Assembly (NCBI GenBank): GCA_002633005.1
Contig: NMRA01000845.1
Span: forward strand, 12,449-76,448
Length of the DNA: 64,000 nucleotides
Reading direction: 5' to 3'
From: Phoronis australis
Lineage: Eukaryota > Animalia > Phoronida
Under the pieces are notes generated by a model. The model searched no databases. It saw only the letters and a program-made list of their open reading frames with translations, and was not told the origin of the DNA. The position numbers and the translations under genes were made by a program. This document shows positions 39,139 to 53,278 of this stretch, in pieces. How positions within the stretch are numbered: position 1 is the first letter of the stretch; each line of letters opens with the position of its first letter.

Positions 39139-42100
39139 CTTCACTGCTGACACGTTTATTAGACTGACGGTGTAGAACTGCGTGTACGATTGAGATGCAA
39201 CACAGTTTGTTGTTAGTGATTCTAAACTTCGACTGCCATCTGTGAAGCCATATGTAGTGCCATATTGTTATTTTGATGTGGTGTGAGACTGCCAAAAATA
39301 TTTGCGTTTGCTGTTTCAAGTCATAAAAATACGCCATTTTCTTATTCCTCGCAGTACAATGCAAATTTAGAGCAAATATATGAAGTCATGAGTCTCCTCT
39401 CGTGGTAAAACCTGGAACTACCATTGCAAAAATTGAATTTACTGAACTTGTGAACAGAAATGGATTACCAAACTGTCAGTTTAGCCAGTTAATTTTAGAA
39501 ACTGTTAATAGGAGATACTGGAAAACAATTAGTACAAGATGGCGATAATGATACACTATTTCCATTCCATATCTCTCACACCCGAGAACGTTTCAACAGT
39601 CTTACCGTTACAATGTTAGTAGGTACACTTTGAGCATTTTCAATTTAACAAAATCGAAGTAAGCCCTGAAATTCCATGAAAAAATCACACCGACTGCTTT
39701 ATCAAATTAGATAAGAACTGGATCTTGTGATCTTGACGTAACAAATAGAATTCTCAAGTTACAGATATCGTCGTTCCTTGCACAGTGGGTTCGACTTTGT
39801 TTTAAACAAAGAAAGAAATATTATTTCCTAAAAAGAAATAGATTGCAGTGCCAAACCTAAATAAAAAGAAGCTTGTTCTCAAAGCTCCGGCCTCTTTATT
39901 TTCTCATCAAACTGTTTCTCAGAAGATGCTAACCCAACCTGACGGCAATTTCTCAGTTTGTTAATTCAGTTTACATGTATGTGTAACGTCTTGTGAACTT
40001 TAGGTACAAGATCCCTTATGCGCAAAAAAACAATGCTTTTCAAGCGAGGTTAGAATAAATGAGTGGCAACCCGGGGAGCTCTTAGCAGTCAATAGGGTTA
40101 GGGCCACGCTGCGCCGCCAGTACACTCCAATTAAATGGTGTATTCTTTCTGCTTTCAGAATACATGTAGCTTTCATACTGAGTCAAGTTAATACGTAGAC
40201 ATTTTGGTAAATACACAATTGGACTGATAAGTTTGCTGAAAACCTTGTGCAGCCATTCAAGGTAGCCCGTTTTAACCTTAGCCATACTTTTCATGTTATC
40301 TGTCAGCAGACAAGTAGAATGACCTCATTTGGTCACTATTTAGTTTTAACGTTCAGTCATTGTTCCAGATCTTTTAAAAACACAATACAGGGACAGGGAT
40401 AACAGAAGATGGCGTACTGCTATTTTAATATCAAAACATATGTTTTATATTTATCTTATTTAAAAAGCGAACCGGGCTGCGTTCTGAAACACAACACACT
40501 CGCTAGACAATTGAGAAGAGAAAGCTTGACTAGTAGAACGGAAACGGTGTTTTCAGTAGCAGTGTACACCAATTGCATTTTAGCCAAGCCATCCAATCAT
40601 TCAATGGCTGCCATAACGCCAGTGTACGCGAGTTAAGTCCCAATCTTACTTGTGAACCACTTGTTTTCCAGTTGCGTTATGTTGCTCTTCTCTCAAGAAG
40701 CATGGCCAACGGAACCCTTTGAAAAAAGAACACGGGCGATTCCAATAGCGCTCTCGCGGCGAGAAAAATCTAGCCTAAAACTCTAGCTCTAGTTCAAAAT
40801 AAACGACAACATCTCGTGTAATCTCATGAGGTCCTAGCGAGGTCTCGGCCTTATTGAACTGTACCAAAGACGCTAACAAGACTATTCACGAAGGCCGCCG
40901 CCATTATTGTGTCATGTACCGTGGCGACACCTAGCGGGTGTGTGTGGGCCTACGAAGTACGCAAGACGTCAAGTACTATGTCCGTTTTTATTTTGTCTAA
41001 TTTAAACTTGTGAAATGCTGTTGCTTATAAATACTGAGGGTATAAACTATGAGCGGCGTTTTGTAAAAATTAACATATCGGTAGCAAATCGAGTAAATGA
41101 AGAAAAAAATCATAGATACATCATAAGCAGGGGAAGGCAATGGGTGACTAATCAGTGTCGACTGAAAGCCAACTGTAAAAGGCATAATAAGGCTTAAATG
41201 TACATGGGCCAGTAAAATGAATACCATAGAAGTAAATAAGGATACCTTACTTCCCCGACTCAATGTTTTTAAGGCCTGTCTCAGATAAAAATCGAGACAA
41301 CTAAATGACACTATGAGTGAGTGCAACCAGTTTTAGTAGACATACTCTTCCAAAGTACCCACCAATGTAGGTGCATTTTCCTTCAACACTTCCCAAATTA
41401 TAAAATAAAGCAGTTACCTGCCATACAATCAAACTGTTCATACCACAATAGAAAATAAAATTTAAATTGTACGAAAATCAAGTAGTGTCAATGTATCTCT
41501 GCCATATACCCCTGTGTAATGTTTCATAAACACTGTTAAGCTGTTGTGACAATAATTTTGCACATTTAATATTTCGTTGAAAATGGGAAGGCACTGCATT
41601 TAAATAAGCCCCAAACTCGCGTGGTGCTGCTGCATCTCAGCCATAGACTTTAGTCCGAAGTTTCATCGGAATCTGTCAAGCAGCTTTAACAATAATCAGT
41701 AAACAAGGAACATCTTGTGCAGGGGCAGATCCAGGATTTTGCGTGAAGGGGGGGGGGGTTGGCCATGGCAGAGTATTGGCCAGGATTTTGCCCGTCAGAC
41801 ATTTGCACACCCTGCTGCAGTGGTGTCCAAGTTATGTTGAATATTACCACATGGGTGAGCTTTAACTGAGTATACACGTACATCAGGCAAAAACCAGGTC
41901 AATAATCCGTTATCAAGAGCAACAGTACGTCAACTACTGCATCGTAAACAGGGGCATTCATTACATCTAACATAAATACATAAACAAGTAATAGTATACA
42001 ACAGGTTTAAAGTCCCATGGACCACTAATCCAAGACACAAACTTCAGGGTAAGGACAATCTTTCCAGTCAAAGGATCTCCATTTTGTTCCGTGGTGCTAA

Positions 42101-42150
42101 CATATCATATAGAACTAAGCACATGTAACTATTCTTATCGCCTACAACAG

Positions 42151-44174
42151 TTACTCATGTATCGAAATTTGAGCCTTCCTGCTCTTGCCTTTTTTGGAGT
42201 TGGCCAAAGATGTTGTCTGGAACTTGAAATAGTAGTGTAATCTACATTTCAAGTAACATTTAAGGACTGTATCTGCTTCCTCTTGATGCACCGCGCACAA
42301 CTTGAGCTGAGGAATTGTTGACGAGACCAACTTCATGAGCTTACTCAGGACCCCCTTTTCTAACACCAGCACCGCCTCAACGTGCCTCTGAAACAGTTTT
42401 TCAACTCGTTTAAGGTAACTCAACAGTGAACTTGAAGGAAAATACAGAGAGCCAAATGCGTCACTAGTATGACTGTATGCCTTAAAGTGGATCATTAGTT
42501 CCTGCTCCTCAACAACAGACTTGCATTCTTTGGTCAGTTTCCCCAAACATTGCTGACACCTGCCTTCAAAAGCCAGTTTGTTCACTACGTAGCCACCAAT
42601 GTAACTGATAACTTTAGTCACTGATGAAGAAAGAGGAAAGTCATTTGTCGTATCGAGCAGGGGGAGGACGTCAACAGCAGATTCGTTGTCAGCTTTCCTG
42701 TCGACTAAATCAATTTCTCTTGCCTTGAAGCGCTTGAACACATTTTCCACATCGGTACCCTCATCACTGTCATGAGCTTTTCTCTTTGTAGAACTTCCCT
42801 CACTTGAATCAGAGGCCGTCAGAGGTTTGAAGCTGAGCTCATGCAAAGAAGCTAAGAGATGATCACCATCCTGGACACAATTCGAACCCTTAACTGGAGC
42901 CATAAGCATGTTTGTGGACAGTGCTCTGTAGGCATACTGGAACTCCCCAGCTGACGGATTGAAACGATGTCCCCCTTTGGCACGCACTTGAGCGAAGAGA
43001 TTCTCAATACAGTCTTGATTGATCCTGCCGGTCAACAAGTACTTAAAATCACATTCTGTTAACAAATCAGTTGTCAACATTTGGACAGCAGTCAGGCACT
43101 GAAGTAAAGCTTGGAAGCATGGCTGAACTTTACTCTTGTTCACTGTCACCCTCTTTTCCACATTCGTGCGGTGCTGTTCAAGTACTGCCAAATCCTGCAT
43201 GGAGTCAGTGAATGGATGATATCCCTTCGATCCTCTGATAGATCGCATATTCAGGAAATCAAAGACATTGTTGACTTGCTTCAGGAAGTTCGCTGTGTTT
43301 GAAGCCGACTGCGGGAGTTTCCCCAATGCCACCAAAGTAAACATTCCAGCATACACCGTGTGTGAGCAAACCTGAGCTGCAAAGCAGACCTACAACATAA
43401 AGCATTTATTAATAACTTCATCAACGTTTTACTTAAAACTGGTTAATATTTTAAAAGGATATTTCCTTTCTATTTTTGTCTAAACTTGAAAATCCTGAAA
43501 TAGATGAATTGATATTAATACACAAGGCTCAAAACTTTCCTTCCATGATAGCAAGTGGTTTCTAGCAATGAAGAGGCAAAACACCTGAGAAAGGTATGAA
43601 GCAGTCTAATTTTGAAGGGATTGACCAACCTTGTTAAAAGTGATGTTTTTGAATTTTTCTTTCCCAATGCCTTCTAATGGTCTATTTGTGGGATAACATC
43701 GATTTCTGTCATGGTTTCGAAAGATTTCAGATGCACTAGTGTGTAGCTGAGCGAGTATTAGTTTATTTAGTATCTGTTTTTAAGTAAGACACAAATTTAA
43801 ATCTGCAACAAATACACTTCCAAGTTCTGTCAAAAATTAATTGACATTGAAAATGCTTTCTGGGCAAGTTGATATTCAATTTGAATGATTTAATAACCTA
43901 AATCATACGTTAAATTTTGTTCACAGCAGGTGGGTTTATAATACTTTTAGCAATATGAATATAACAGTATCAGGTAACCAGCACTAGCTGAAATCTATAA
44001 TCCTTCCCTACATGTACACAAAACATAACTTAAGGAAGCGATAAACAAAAATGACAATTATGAGAGAGAAACTCACACGCGTTGGTGAAAATGGTGGTAG
44101 GAAAACGTGTTTATCAGTAAGCTTCGATGCCAGTCGTACTTGTAGAATGCAACAACATCTTTCCAGGACGCAGT
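42151..44174 (-). mobile_element. P-element/THAP9-like transposase, 3' exons (44077-44174 frameshifted; 42151-43389 open for 412 aa)
   Basis: RLASKLTDKHVFLPPFSPTR|VCFAAQVCSHTV, YLLTGRINQDCIENLFAQVRAKGG, YIGGYV, CQQC, GSLYFPS. GT-AG intron at 43390-44076. Confidence 0.92.
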
Positions 44175-44358
44175 CTGAAAATCAGAGTCCCATAAAAACT
44201 AATGATTGTTACGCATGCTTACAAAAATCATTTGGTGGATATTAACAACAACCTCTGGATGGAGAATTATTTTAAAATAGTTAATCTTTTCAGTCTGTCA
44301 GAAAACAAAACGCACAAGTATCCTTTGCTGAATTAGCCATTCCTGGTTGCAGTAGAAN

Positions 44359-45884
44359 GAATGACAACACGGACTGTTCGTCCTAAGTGACCGTGTACCC
44401 ATCTTTGGAACTGTCTGTAGGCCACGTGTCAAATCCTTTTATCCAGGGGTCTGTCATAGCCATCAGGATATTGGCTTTTGTACTGCAACCATGCAGTCTC
44501 CAAAACACCACGATTGATGTATACAGGTTTAAACCCCCATGCTCCACAATACATTTTTTCTTCTGTGTTAGTTGTCACGCTTCATTTCTTCATCAAGTTT
44601 TGCAACAACCTTGTCAACCTCTTGGCAACACTCTTTCTTCAACAACTGAGGTCTGACAGTTGCCCCAGGTGCACCTGCAATATGTGTCAACAATAATACA
44701 TTATTTCAGTAAACATCAAAATTTCGAATTGAAAAATTTACCAAGAGTGCCTCTACCAAATTGAGGGGTGTGCACACGACTTCAGTTTTCAGAAAAATTG
44801 GTTGGAACATCACAACCTAATTATTTTTTTGTACAAATTGATCATATATAGTAAAGATATTTACTTTTCATACAAATGAATAGTGCTACACCCATGGCAG
44901 TGGCAGATCATGTCCGGGGGATATAGTATTGGACATTAGTTGTTTGATTTTTTAGCTGACCCTAAGACAAAAGGTAGTTGGCTCAATGTTCATCGACATG
45001 AAATGGTTGTCTCCATTTCAAGCATCGCCTTACAAAATAAAACTGTTTTGGAACACATGTATAGATTGATATAGGTCCGAGTTGACTTGAGTACGAAAAT
45101 GAAATGACTTGTTCTATAACCTATAGAATTATGCCCTCCCCAGCATCAAGGTGAGAAAGTCTAAATTATAAAATTGCAATTCTTTCATCCTCTTCTTTAC
45201 AAATCACAGTCGATTATTCCAAAGTGGTTCTCATTCATTCCCTTGCATACATTTATTCACTCACTAGTAACACCCCGCTCAGTCTCGGAGAAGTAAGAGA
45301 CAATTTTGTCCAATGCTTAATTGCATGCCAGTGAAACCCAGGATTCGAACCTGAGTCTCACGAGCTCAAACCACTGAGTCACACTGTCTACAAATAATCA
45401 GAGACCTAACACTTTTTGAGTGATTTGCTATAATGCAAAAAAATCCCAGTTTTATCACTGAAACTGGTATTTATCCACGGCTAAAACACGATTCACCAAC
45501 GGGGACATGAGCGCCTGGGACTGACTGGTAAAGCACATACTTTTGAATTAAAAAAGACCAAGTTATAATTCGCGGTTATAGGATACATATTGATAATATT
45601 CTTACCAATCACTAACATCTAATCGCAACTCCTGCGCACCTTCAGCCTGTTGACGTTCACAGGACGAACCCGCTGGGAGTGAGTCTTCGGCGACCAGAGA
45701 AAGGGTCGTGAAAGGGATTGAGGGAAAACGGCTCCAATACAGAAAAGCTGTGAACACATATTGTTCCTCTGGGATCTGTCACCTCCACGTCCGAAAGGTC
45801 GGAATCATCTGAAAAGTCCAGCTGTCCGTCCCTGTATCGTTCAAAGTATTCCTCATCTACGCTGCTGTACTCACTTGGACACAC
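44359..45884 (-). pseudogene. P2X7 C-terminal ballast/ZCD-like (KolX-like) gene remnant, 2 exons (45606-45884, 44359-44674)
   Basis: Acidic N-terminus, then RLDVSDW|CTWGNC...CQEV...CIVEHGGFKPV.IN..VLETAW...HVAYRQFQRWVHGHLGRTVRVVI. Phase-2 GT-AG intron; frameshifts and stops. Confidence 0.85.
45250..45385 (-). mobile_element. tRNA-derived SINE head
   Basis: A-box-like tgactcagtgg and B-box ggttcgaatcc on the minus strand. No complete cloverleaf. Confidence 0.6.
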
Positions 45885-46116
45885 ATTGCTTCCTTTGTGT
45901 TCCCCAACACCACGTCACAGATGTGTAACGAATGAAAATGGCACCGTTTCTATTCTCCGTTACAACGGTGGCGTTACAACACCACGGCACTAAATATGTA
46001 AATAACTTTGTATAGCGCCGTACAATTCAGTTAATGTTAGGAATATAGCAATGATAATAAACTAGAATTTAGACCATATTGTTGTTCAGATTGGTTTGGA
46101 CCTTGAAATTTCCTCT

Positions 46117-47432
46117 TTAAAATCACACTCTGTTAACAAATCAGTTGTCAACATTTGGACAGCAGTCAGGCACTGAAATAAAGCTTGGAAGCATGGCTGA
46201 ACTTTACTCTTGTTCACTGTCAACCTCTTTTCCACAATTGCGCGGTGCTGTTCAAGTACTGCCAAATCCTGCATGGAGTCAGTGAATGGATGATATCCCT
46301 TCGATCGTCTGATAGATCGCACATTCAGGAAATCAAAGACATTGTTGACTTGCTTCAGGAAGTTCGCTGTGTTTGAAGCCGACTGCGGGAGTTTCCCCAA
46401 TGCCACCAAAGTAAACATTCCAGCATACACCGTGTGTGAGCAAACCTGAGCTGCAAAGCAGACCTACAACATGAAGCATTTATTAATAACTTCATCAACG
46501 TTTTACTTAAAACTGGTTAATATTTTTAAAAGGATATTTTCTTTCTATTTTTTGTCTAAACTTGAAAATCCTGAAATAGCTTAATTGATATTAATACACA
46601 AGGCTCAAAACTTTCCTTCCATGATAGCAAGTGGTTACTAGCAATGAAGAGGCAAAACACCTGAGAAAGGTATGAAGCAGTCTAATTTTGAAGGGATTGT
46701 CCAACCTTGTTAAAAGTGATGTTTTTGAATTTTTCTTTCCCAGTGCCTTCTAATGGTCTATTTGTGGTATAACATCGATTTCTGTTATGGTTTCGAAAGA
46801 TTTCAGATGCACTAGTGTGTAGCTGAGCGAGTATTAGTTTATTTAGTATCTGTTTTTAAGTAAGACACAAATTTAAATCTGCAACAAATACACCTCCAAG
46901 TTCTGTCAAAAACTAATTGACATTGAAAATGCTTTCTGGGCAAGTTGGTATTCAATTTGAATGATTTAATAACCTAAATCATACGTTAAATTTTGTTCAC
47001 AGCAGGTGGGTTTATAATACTTTTAGCAATATGAATATAACAGTATCAGGTAACCAGCACTAGCTGAAATCTATAATCCTTCCCTACATGTACACAAAAC
47101 ATAACTTAAGGAAACGATAAACAAAAATGACAATTATGAGAGAGAAACTCACACGCATTGGTGAAAATGGTGGTAGGAAAACGTGTTTATCAGTAAGCTT
47201 CGGTGCCAGTCGTACTTGTAGAATGCAACAACATCTTTCCAGGACGCAGTCTGAAAATCAGAGTCCTATAAAAACTAATGATTGTTACGCATGCTTACAA
47301 AAATCATTTGGTGGATATTAACAACAACCTCTGGATGGAGAATTATTTTAAAATAGTTAATCTTTTCAGTCTGTCAGAAAACAAAACGCACAAGTATCCT
47401 TTGCTGAATTAGCCATTCCTGGTTGCAGTAGA
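46117..47432 (-). repeat. Near-identical second copy of 43043-44357 (P-like transposase segment); likely the alternate haplotype
   Basis: Colinear with scattered SNPs. The first copy ends exactly at the single N at 44358. Confidence 0.9.
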
Positions 47433-47873
47433 ATTTTTGTTGAATTGTACATCAAATGCAACCATTTGCTTATGTCTATTTTCTGCTTTAAGGCACACTT
47501 TGACCTTGTTAGAAGCTTTTAATCAAGCATGTCCAACATCGTACTGCCTCCAACTCACCTTTGCAATCATATGCAAATGACGCAATAGTGCATGGTGGTT
47601 GAGAAGCTGGTGAGTCGAAAGAATCCAACAGAACAATGAACCTCAACAAGAACCAAGAGCAACCTGAAATCAACAAACAAAAGAATAACAAACAAAACAA
47701 ACCTAAAATAAATAAATACAGAGACTTTCTTTAGAGGCATATTGAGTCCTGCTTTGAGTTACATAAAACATTAAACTTACAGGTAAGTCAAGTTCAAATC
47801 ACTCTGCAAACATCACTGGTTGACTAGCAGCATATCCACAAAAAGAATTTTTTGTATCACTCGTCTATCTCAC

Positions 47874-47995
47874 CTGTCTTTATCAGTAGGGAAGCGAAAG
47901 AAGTGCAAGTCGCGATTTTTCACCTGACTGTTGCTGCAGCCATAAGCAGCGCAAAAAGCTCCTCTGCTCCTCTTTTTAGGGACTACAGTCGTCAT
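47874..47995 (-). pseudogene. THAP-domain first exon of the P-like transposase
   Basis: MTTVVPKKRSRGAFCAAYGCSNSQVKNRDLHFFRFPTDKDR followed by a gtgaga donor. Confidence 0.85.
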
Positions 47996-49929
47996 GTCTT
48001 GTTCTACAGTTGCTTGATGCACCACTACCCTAAGATGGGAATTTTTACGAACTACATGATCAGATGAAATATTTTGTCTCTGCGCCCACTGACCACGAGG
48101 ATCTGCCATATTGGTTTTTTCGCACACACCGCCGCTAGACGTCTCTACGGTCACTGAAACAACAATGGGCGCCCGTGGCCGTCCAATAGGATTTCGCTAG
48201 GTGAAACGTCTCCCTCTCTAAGGTCTCTGACTATACATGTACTCTGGTTTGCGTTTGAGTAGGAACTACGTGTAATTTGCTTATTCATAACTTGCGTTTT
48301 GGAGTATAAAATAACTCAAATTATGGAGCCTCTCAACTGCTAATACATATAGATCTATTCCATGTCTTGAAATCCAGATCAAAGAAAATAACTTAATTAC
48401 AAAACCTAGACGAGAATGAATAATTTATTCCAAGACAAGCACATGCACTCTAAACGATGGGCACAGACCTTACAACAACTTTGGAACCTTATTCTCGTGC
48501 AGAAGCAGAATTCACGAGATTCCTGTACACTGCATCTCATTCTTGTTGTCACAGAAGGGCGCAGGGTGAAAATTGTGGCCATGTTTGGTAGCTTCAATTT
48601 GGAGAACCCCTGATCTGCTCGTATCTTGGAGCCTCCAGATACCTTGTTCGCCATTGGTGTGATTACTTTTATTTGCAGACAGTTAGCGACTATCTAGATG
48701 CAACGTATTACTCTTCGTAGTTCCTTCTTAGTGTTCGTTATTCATAATTATCCCATCACTTTGACGGTTACTTTAAACTTCGTGTTCTAGACACTGCTGT
48801 CTTTTCATCCGTGATTATTGCAGACCCATCAAACGTGTTGCAGTTAATTTTTACAAGTACTTCTTGCTCTTTCATTTTGTACCTGCCGCATGTAGTTCTT
48901 ACCAACTGAAGTTCCATCCTATGTAACGCAATTAACTCTTACATATTGAAAGGCTGTCACACGTGTAGCAAATAAATCTTAATTGCTTCTTTCTCACCTC
49001 CTGCCATACAAGTACGTACTCTATTCACTGTTTATGGTTCAAAAGTTTTGCAATTTTTTTTTCTCTCATTTCAAACATGCTGAAAGTTAATTATTTCTTG
49101 CTGCAGCTCATTTTTCGTCGTTTTTTGTAACAGTTCATTCATTCCCCATGTAGATCTTCATATTCAATACCCTGCTAACCACTGTTGCTTACCTGCAGTG
49201 TATTCTTACATAGTGAAATCCATTTCTGTGTGTTACAGTTCGTTCATAAGTCTATATGTGATTCCTGCAGTGCTGTCAAATAGGGATGTGACGTCATCTT
49301 TGTGACGTAATCTTTGTAGATTTAGAAGGCTTCAAAACTTTATTTAATAGCTTTCTTGTACTTCGAACACACTTAAACATCGTCATAGAAATTTTCCCTG
49401 CTGAATATAATACAAAAACACCTATATGTAAGAAAACAAACAGGAAAGCAGGGTATATATGAACATGACTTGAATATCAACTACATCTAGTGGGAAACAA
49501 ACGAACTAGTGGGCAGCGAGTAACTAAAAGCTAAAACATGGTACTTACGAAAGTATTTCAGCATCAGAACACCACCAGGACACCACACACAAACTCCATT
49601 CAACCATTTTGGAAACAGAATGCCAAAAGGAGGCACCACAAGTCTGTCTTAAGTCAGTTAAGGGAATTTACACCATACTAGTCTAGAAAATACCGCCTTC
49701 TTGGTTCTAGCCCTATCCATTCTCTATGAGAAATTACAGTTGGCCAAAACTTGTAAATCTGAAATTAACAGTTAATATTCTGTTTTAGACTTTTCTTTAT
49801 TAAGCTTCTATGCATTGTTCACACTTCCTTTGACGTGACCTTCGGATTTTAAAAAGTTTGATGTGTTGAACTTTTTCGGTTTCAACAAAAATATTAGTGC
49901 AACGGAATAAGCCAAATTGAAAAAACTCA

Positions 49930-52443
49930 CTATGCGTGTGACGTAATCCCTTTCCAACCGTATATTACATTCTTATTTACTTCAAATCATTTCCACCTGA
50001 CGCTGCTCATTTATTTTTCCTACAGTTGCATTTCTTACACGTTTGTAGCACTTCCGGGTTTTTATCATAATTCATAGTAAATTCGACCCACAATCTTTAA
50101 TGAGTTCAGTTTTATAAATTCCAAAGTTTAGCCCTACTCACCGCTGCGCATGCTGTCATTGGTGACAGTTACACGTGATACCGAGAATTCCCGCAAATAG
50201 ACCCATGGGCGGATATTCAGAAAACATTTCAACAACACCAATGAAACCAAATACACGCATGGTGTATTTGTGGACAGGGATGGCATATTTTCGAAAATTG
50301 TTTGCAATAAACACATGTTACTGTATGTAATTGTATCACACTACTGAGAATTTTATTCGTTCATACTATGCTTAGTATTTCGTTCCCAGTAAACACCGTG
50401 CTCTAAAATTGTACTTCACACTGTGCTAATACAATTAGCTACAAACAGGCACCCATTATCTTGAAAAAAGATTACCTACATTAATGTCATGCTAGATTGA
50501 GGCCAGAAAACACGTAACCATGTACCAGGACTGCGTGCAGTAAATGTAAGACACTTGCGGACCAATTGCAGCGATGAATGGTTTTGCCTTAAAGAGAAAA
50601 GGCCAAATTTTTACTCCCATAATTCAACGTTCCAGTCTCGGCAATCATTTCAGCTGCAGATTTTGAACTAATTCGCCAAGAAGGCAATGTCAAGGTACCT
50701 AAACTGCACGGTCAACGGACTAATCAACTCGGGCACGGACGCATGAACACGACTCACGGACCTTCAAACACCGTCCACTGACTCACAAACACGGGAACGG
50801 ACTCACAAAACACGATCCACGCACCCAAATACACGGGACATGGACTCATATTCACGAGGAACCACGATTAACGGACCGCCAAACACTGGTCACGGACTCA
50901 TCGGCTTCCTGGGTCAGCTGATACATGTATCTTCATTTTGTCCGTTTGTTTACGCTAATTAAATGGTCAAAAACACAAAATTCACCTTGGGAAAAGGGCT
51001 AGTTGAATTTGCTATAACTTGATTGTGTTAAAAAATCTGTTTTCCAGCTTTTACTAAAAATGCTTCTAAATCTTATACAGGGCTCTTTTCTTGAAATGCG
51101 TCTAGTCTAGTTGATTTCGTCCAGTGAACATAACAGATTTTTCTCGGCGATCTCTTAAACTCACGACCATTTTTTCACCTGAATNCTATGCGTGTGACGT
51201 AATCCCTTTCCAACCGTATATTAAATTGTTATTTACTGCAAATCATTTCCACCTGACGCTGCCCATTTATTTTTCCTACAGTTGCATTTCTTTCACGTTT
51301 GTAGCACTTCCGGGTTTTTATCTCAATTCATAGTAAATTCGACCCACAATCTTTAATGAGTTCAATTTTATAAATTCCAAAGTTTAGCCCTACTCACCGC
51401 TGCGCATGCTGTCATTGGTGACAGTTACACGTGGTACCGAGAATTCCCGCAAATAGACCCATGGGCGGATATTCAGAAAACATTTCAACAACACCAATGA
51501 AACCAAATACACGCATGGTGTATTTGTGGACAGGGATGGCATATTTTCGAAAATTGTTTGCAATAAACACATGTTACTGTATGAAATTGTATCACACTAC
51601 TGAGAATTTTATTCGTTCATACTGTGCTTAGTATTTCGTTCCCAGTAAACACCGTGCTCTAAAATTGTACTTCACACTGTGCTAATACAATTAGCTACAA
51701 ACAGGCACCCATTATCTTGAAAAAAGATTACCTACATTAATGTCATGCTAGAGTTAGGCCAGAAAACACGTAACCATGTACCAGGACTGCGTGCAGTAAA
51801 TGCAAGACACTTGCGGACCAATTGCAGCGATGAATGGTTTTGACTTAAAGAGAAAAGGCGTAATTTTTTCTCCCATAATTCAACGTTCCAGTCTCGGCAA
51901 TCGTTTCAGCGGCAGATTTTGAACAAACTCGCCAAGAAGGCAATGTCAAGGTACCTAAACTACATGGTCAACGGACTAATAAACTCGGGCACGGACGCAT
52001 GAACACGACTCACGGACCATCAAACACCGTCCACTGACTCACAAACACGGAAACGGACTCACAAAACACGATCCACGCACCCAAATACACGGGACATGGA
52101 CTCATATTCACGAGGAACCACGGTTAACGGACCGCCAAACACTGGTCACGGACTCATCGGCTTCCTGGGTCAGCTGATACATGTATCTTCATTTTGTCCG
52201 TTTGTTTACGCTAATTAAATGGTCAAAAACGCAAAATTCACCTTGGGAAAAGGGCTAGTTGAATTTGCCATAACTTGATTGTGTTAAAAAATCTGTTTTC
52301 CAGCTTTTACTAAAAAATGCTTCTAAAACCTTATACAGGGCTCTTTTCTTGAAATGCGTCTAGTCTAGTTGATTTCGTCCAGCGAACAATAACATATTTT
52401 TCTCGGCGATCTCTTAAACTCACGACCATTTTTTCACCTGAAT
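49930..52443. repeat. Tandem near-identical ~1.25-kb duplication (49930-51184 and 51186-52443) joined by a single N; probable assembly artefact
   Basis: Copy 2 starts immediately after the n at 51185. Only scattered SNPs and indels between copies. Confidence 0.92.
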
Positions 52444-53278
52444 CAGATAAGAACAGTGGGTTTTGTTACGTCAACATTTTCAAACCTACAAATTTCAAAT
52501 GACACGTGGGGTGAATCGTTTGAAAAACTTGACGTTGGGTAACAAATTTCTCATAAAATGCATACGGGTTTTGACGATAATGTCACTTTTCCTAGAGATG
52601 AATAACCAAAGCAAGTATACATACAAAGATCATTTTGAAATAAATTATGACTGTGGTCGCCTTTTGTGATTGAAACATTCGTTCATGAACTTCTTGTTGC
52701 TCAATATGTATCATTTGAGTTTAAAAATTAAGATCTGTATCTAAACACAACAAAGTATAGCATGTGATAATCTGAGTCGGCCTTTTTAAAATCCAAGAGG
52801 GCTGGTAATTACCCTTATGATATTGATGGGTGCATGTACCCAGATTGACTAGTACACTTGATTTTATCAGTCAATGAAAAATTTTGCTCCTTAGCCACTC
52901 CACTATAGTCATTTGCTTGCACGGCTACGGCGCCAAATTGTAATAAAAGGTGCGACAAGTTCTCCCATTACTTGCATCAGGGGAGTACATGTTACTCGAG
53001 AGCGACAATTTATCACAGCACGACTGTTTTATGGTTTGCATTTGGGTGATAACGTTGCGACGGGATATAGCGAGGTACATGTACAAAGGTATTGAGGACA
53101 CAGGAGTGTTAACTGCAAACGTGCCCATCACTGTAACCGATAAGCCTACCTGTTATCGTTGGTTACAAACTTAGGTACATGTATATTGACAGACTCGCTC
53201 GATAGCACCGCTGAGAAGGAAGTGAAGCTACACGAAAGTTAAAACTGATTGAGCTGAGTGAATTCACTCCGTTGCAGA

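Larger units (their letters stand above)
44359..46116 (-). mobile_element. Kolobok-type transposon (one end visible) inserted at TTAA in the P-like transposase
   Basis: Minus-strand terminus TTAA|AGAGGAAATTTC at 46116. TTAA 46117-46120 corresponds to the empty TTAA at 43043-43046 in the other copy. Confidence 0.8.

Noticed and set aside
42151-43389. Domesticated host THAP9 gene
   Set aside because: The upstream exon is frameshifted, central catalytic exons are missing, and one copy is disrupted by an insertion.
45320-45385. tRNA gene
   Set aside because: Only A and B boxes are present with no full cloverleaf; better explained as a SINE head.
50700-50905. cacggac-rich repeats as a regulatory or coding array
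   Set aside because: They resemble ordinary subterminal repeats of a DNA transposon; no ORF support.
49930-52443. Real tandem gene duplication (identical 60-aa ORFs)
   Set aside because: The junction is a single N and the ORFs have no recognisable features; probably allelic redundancy.
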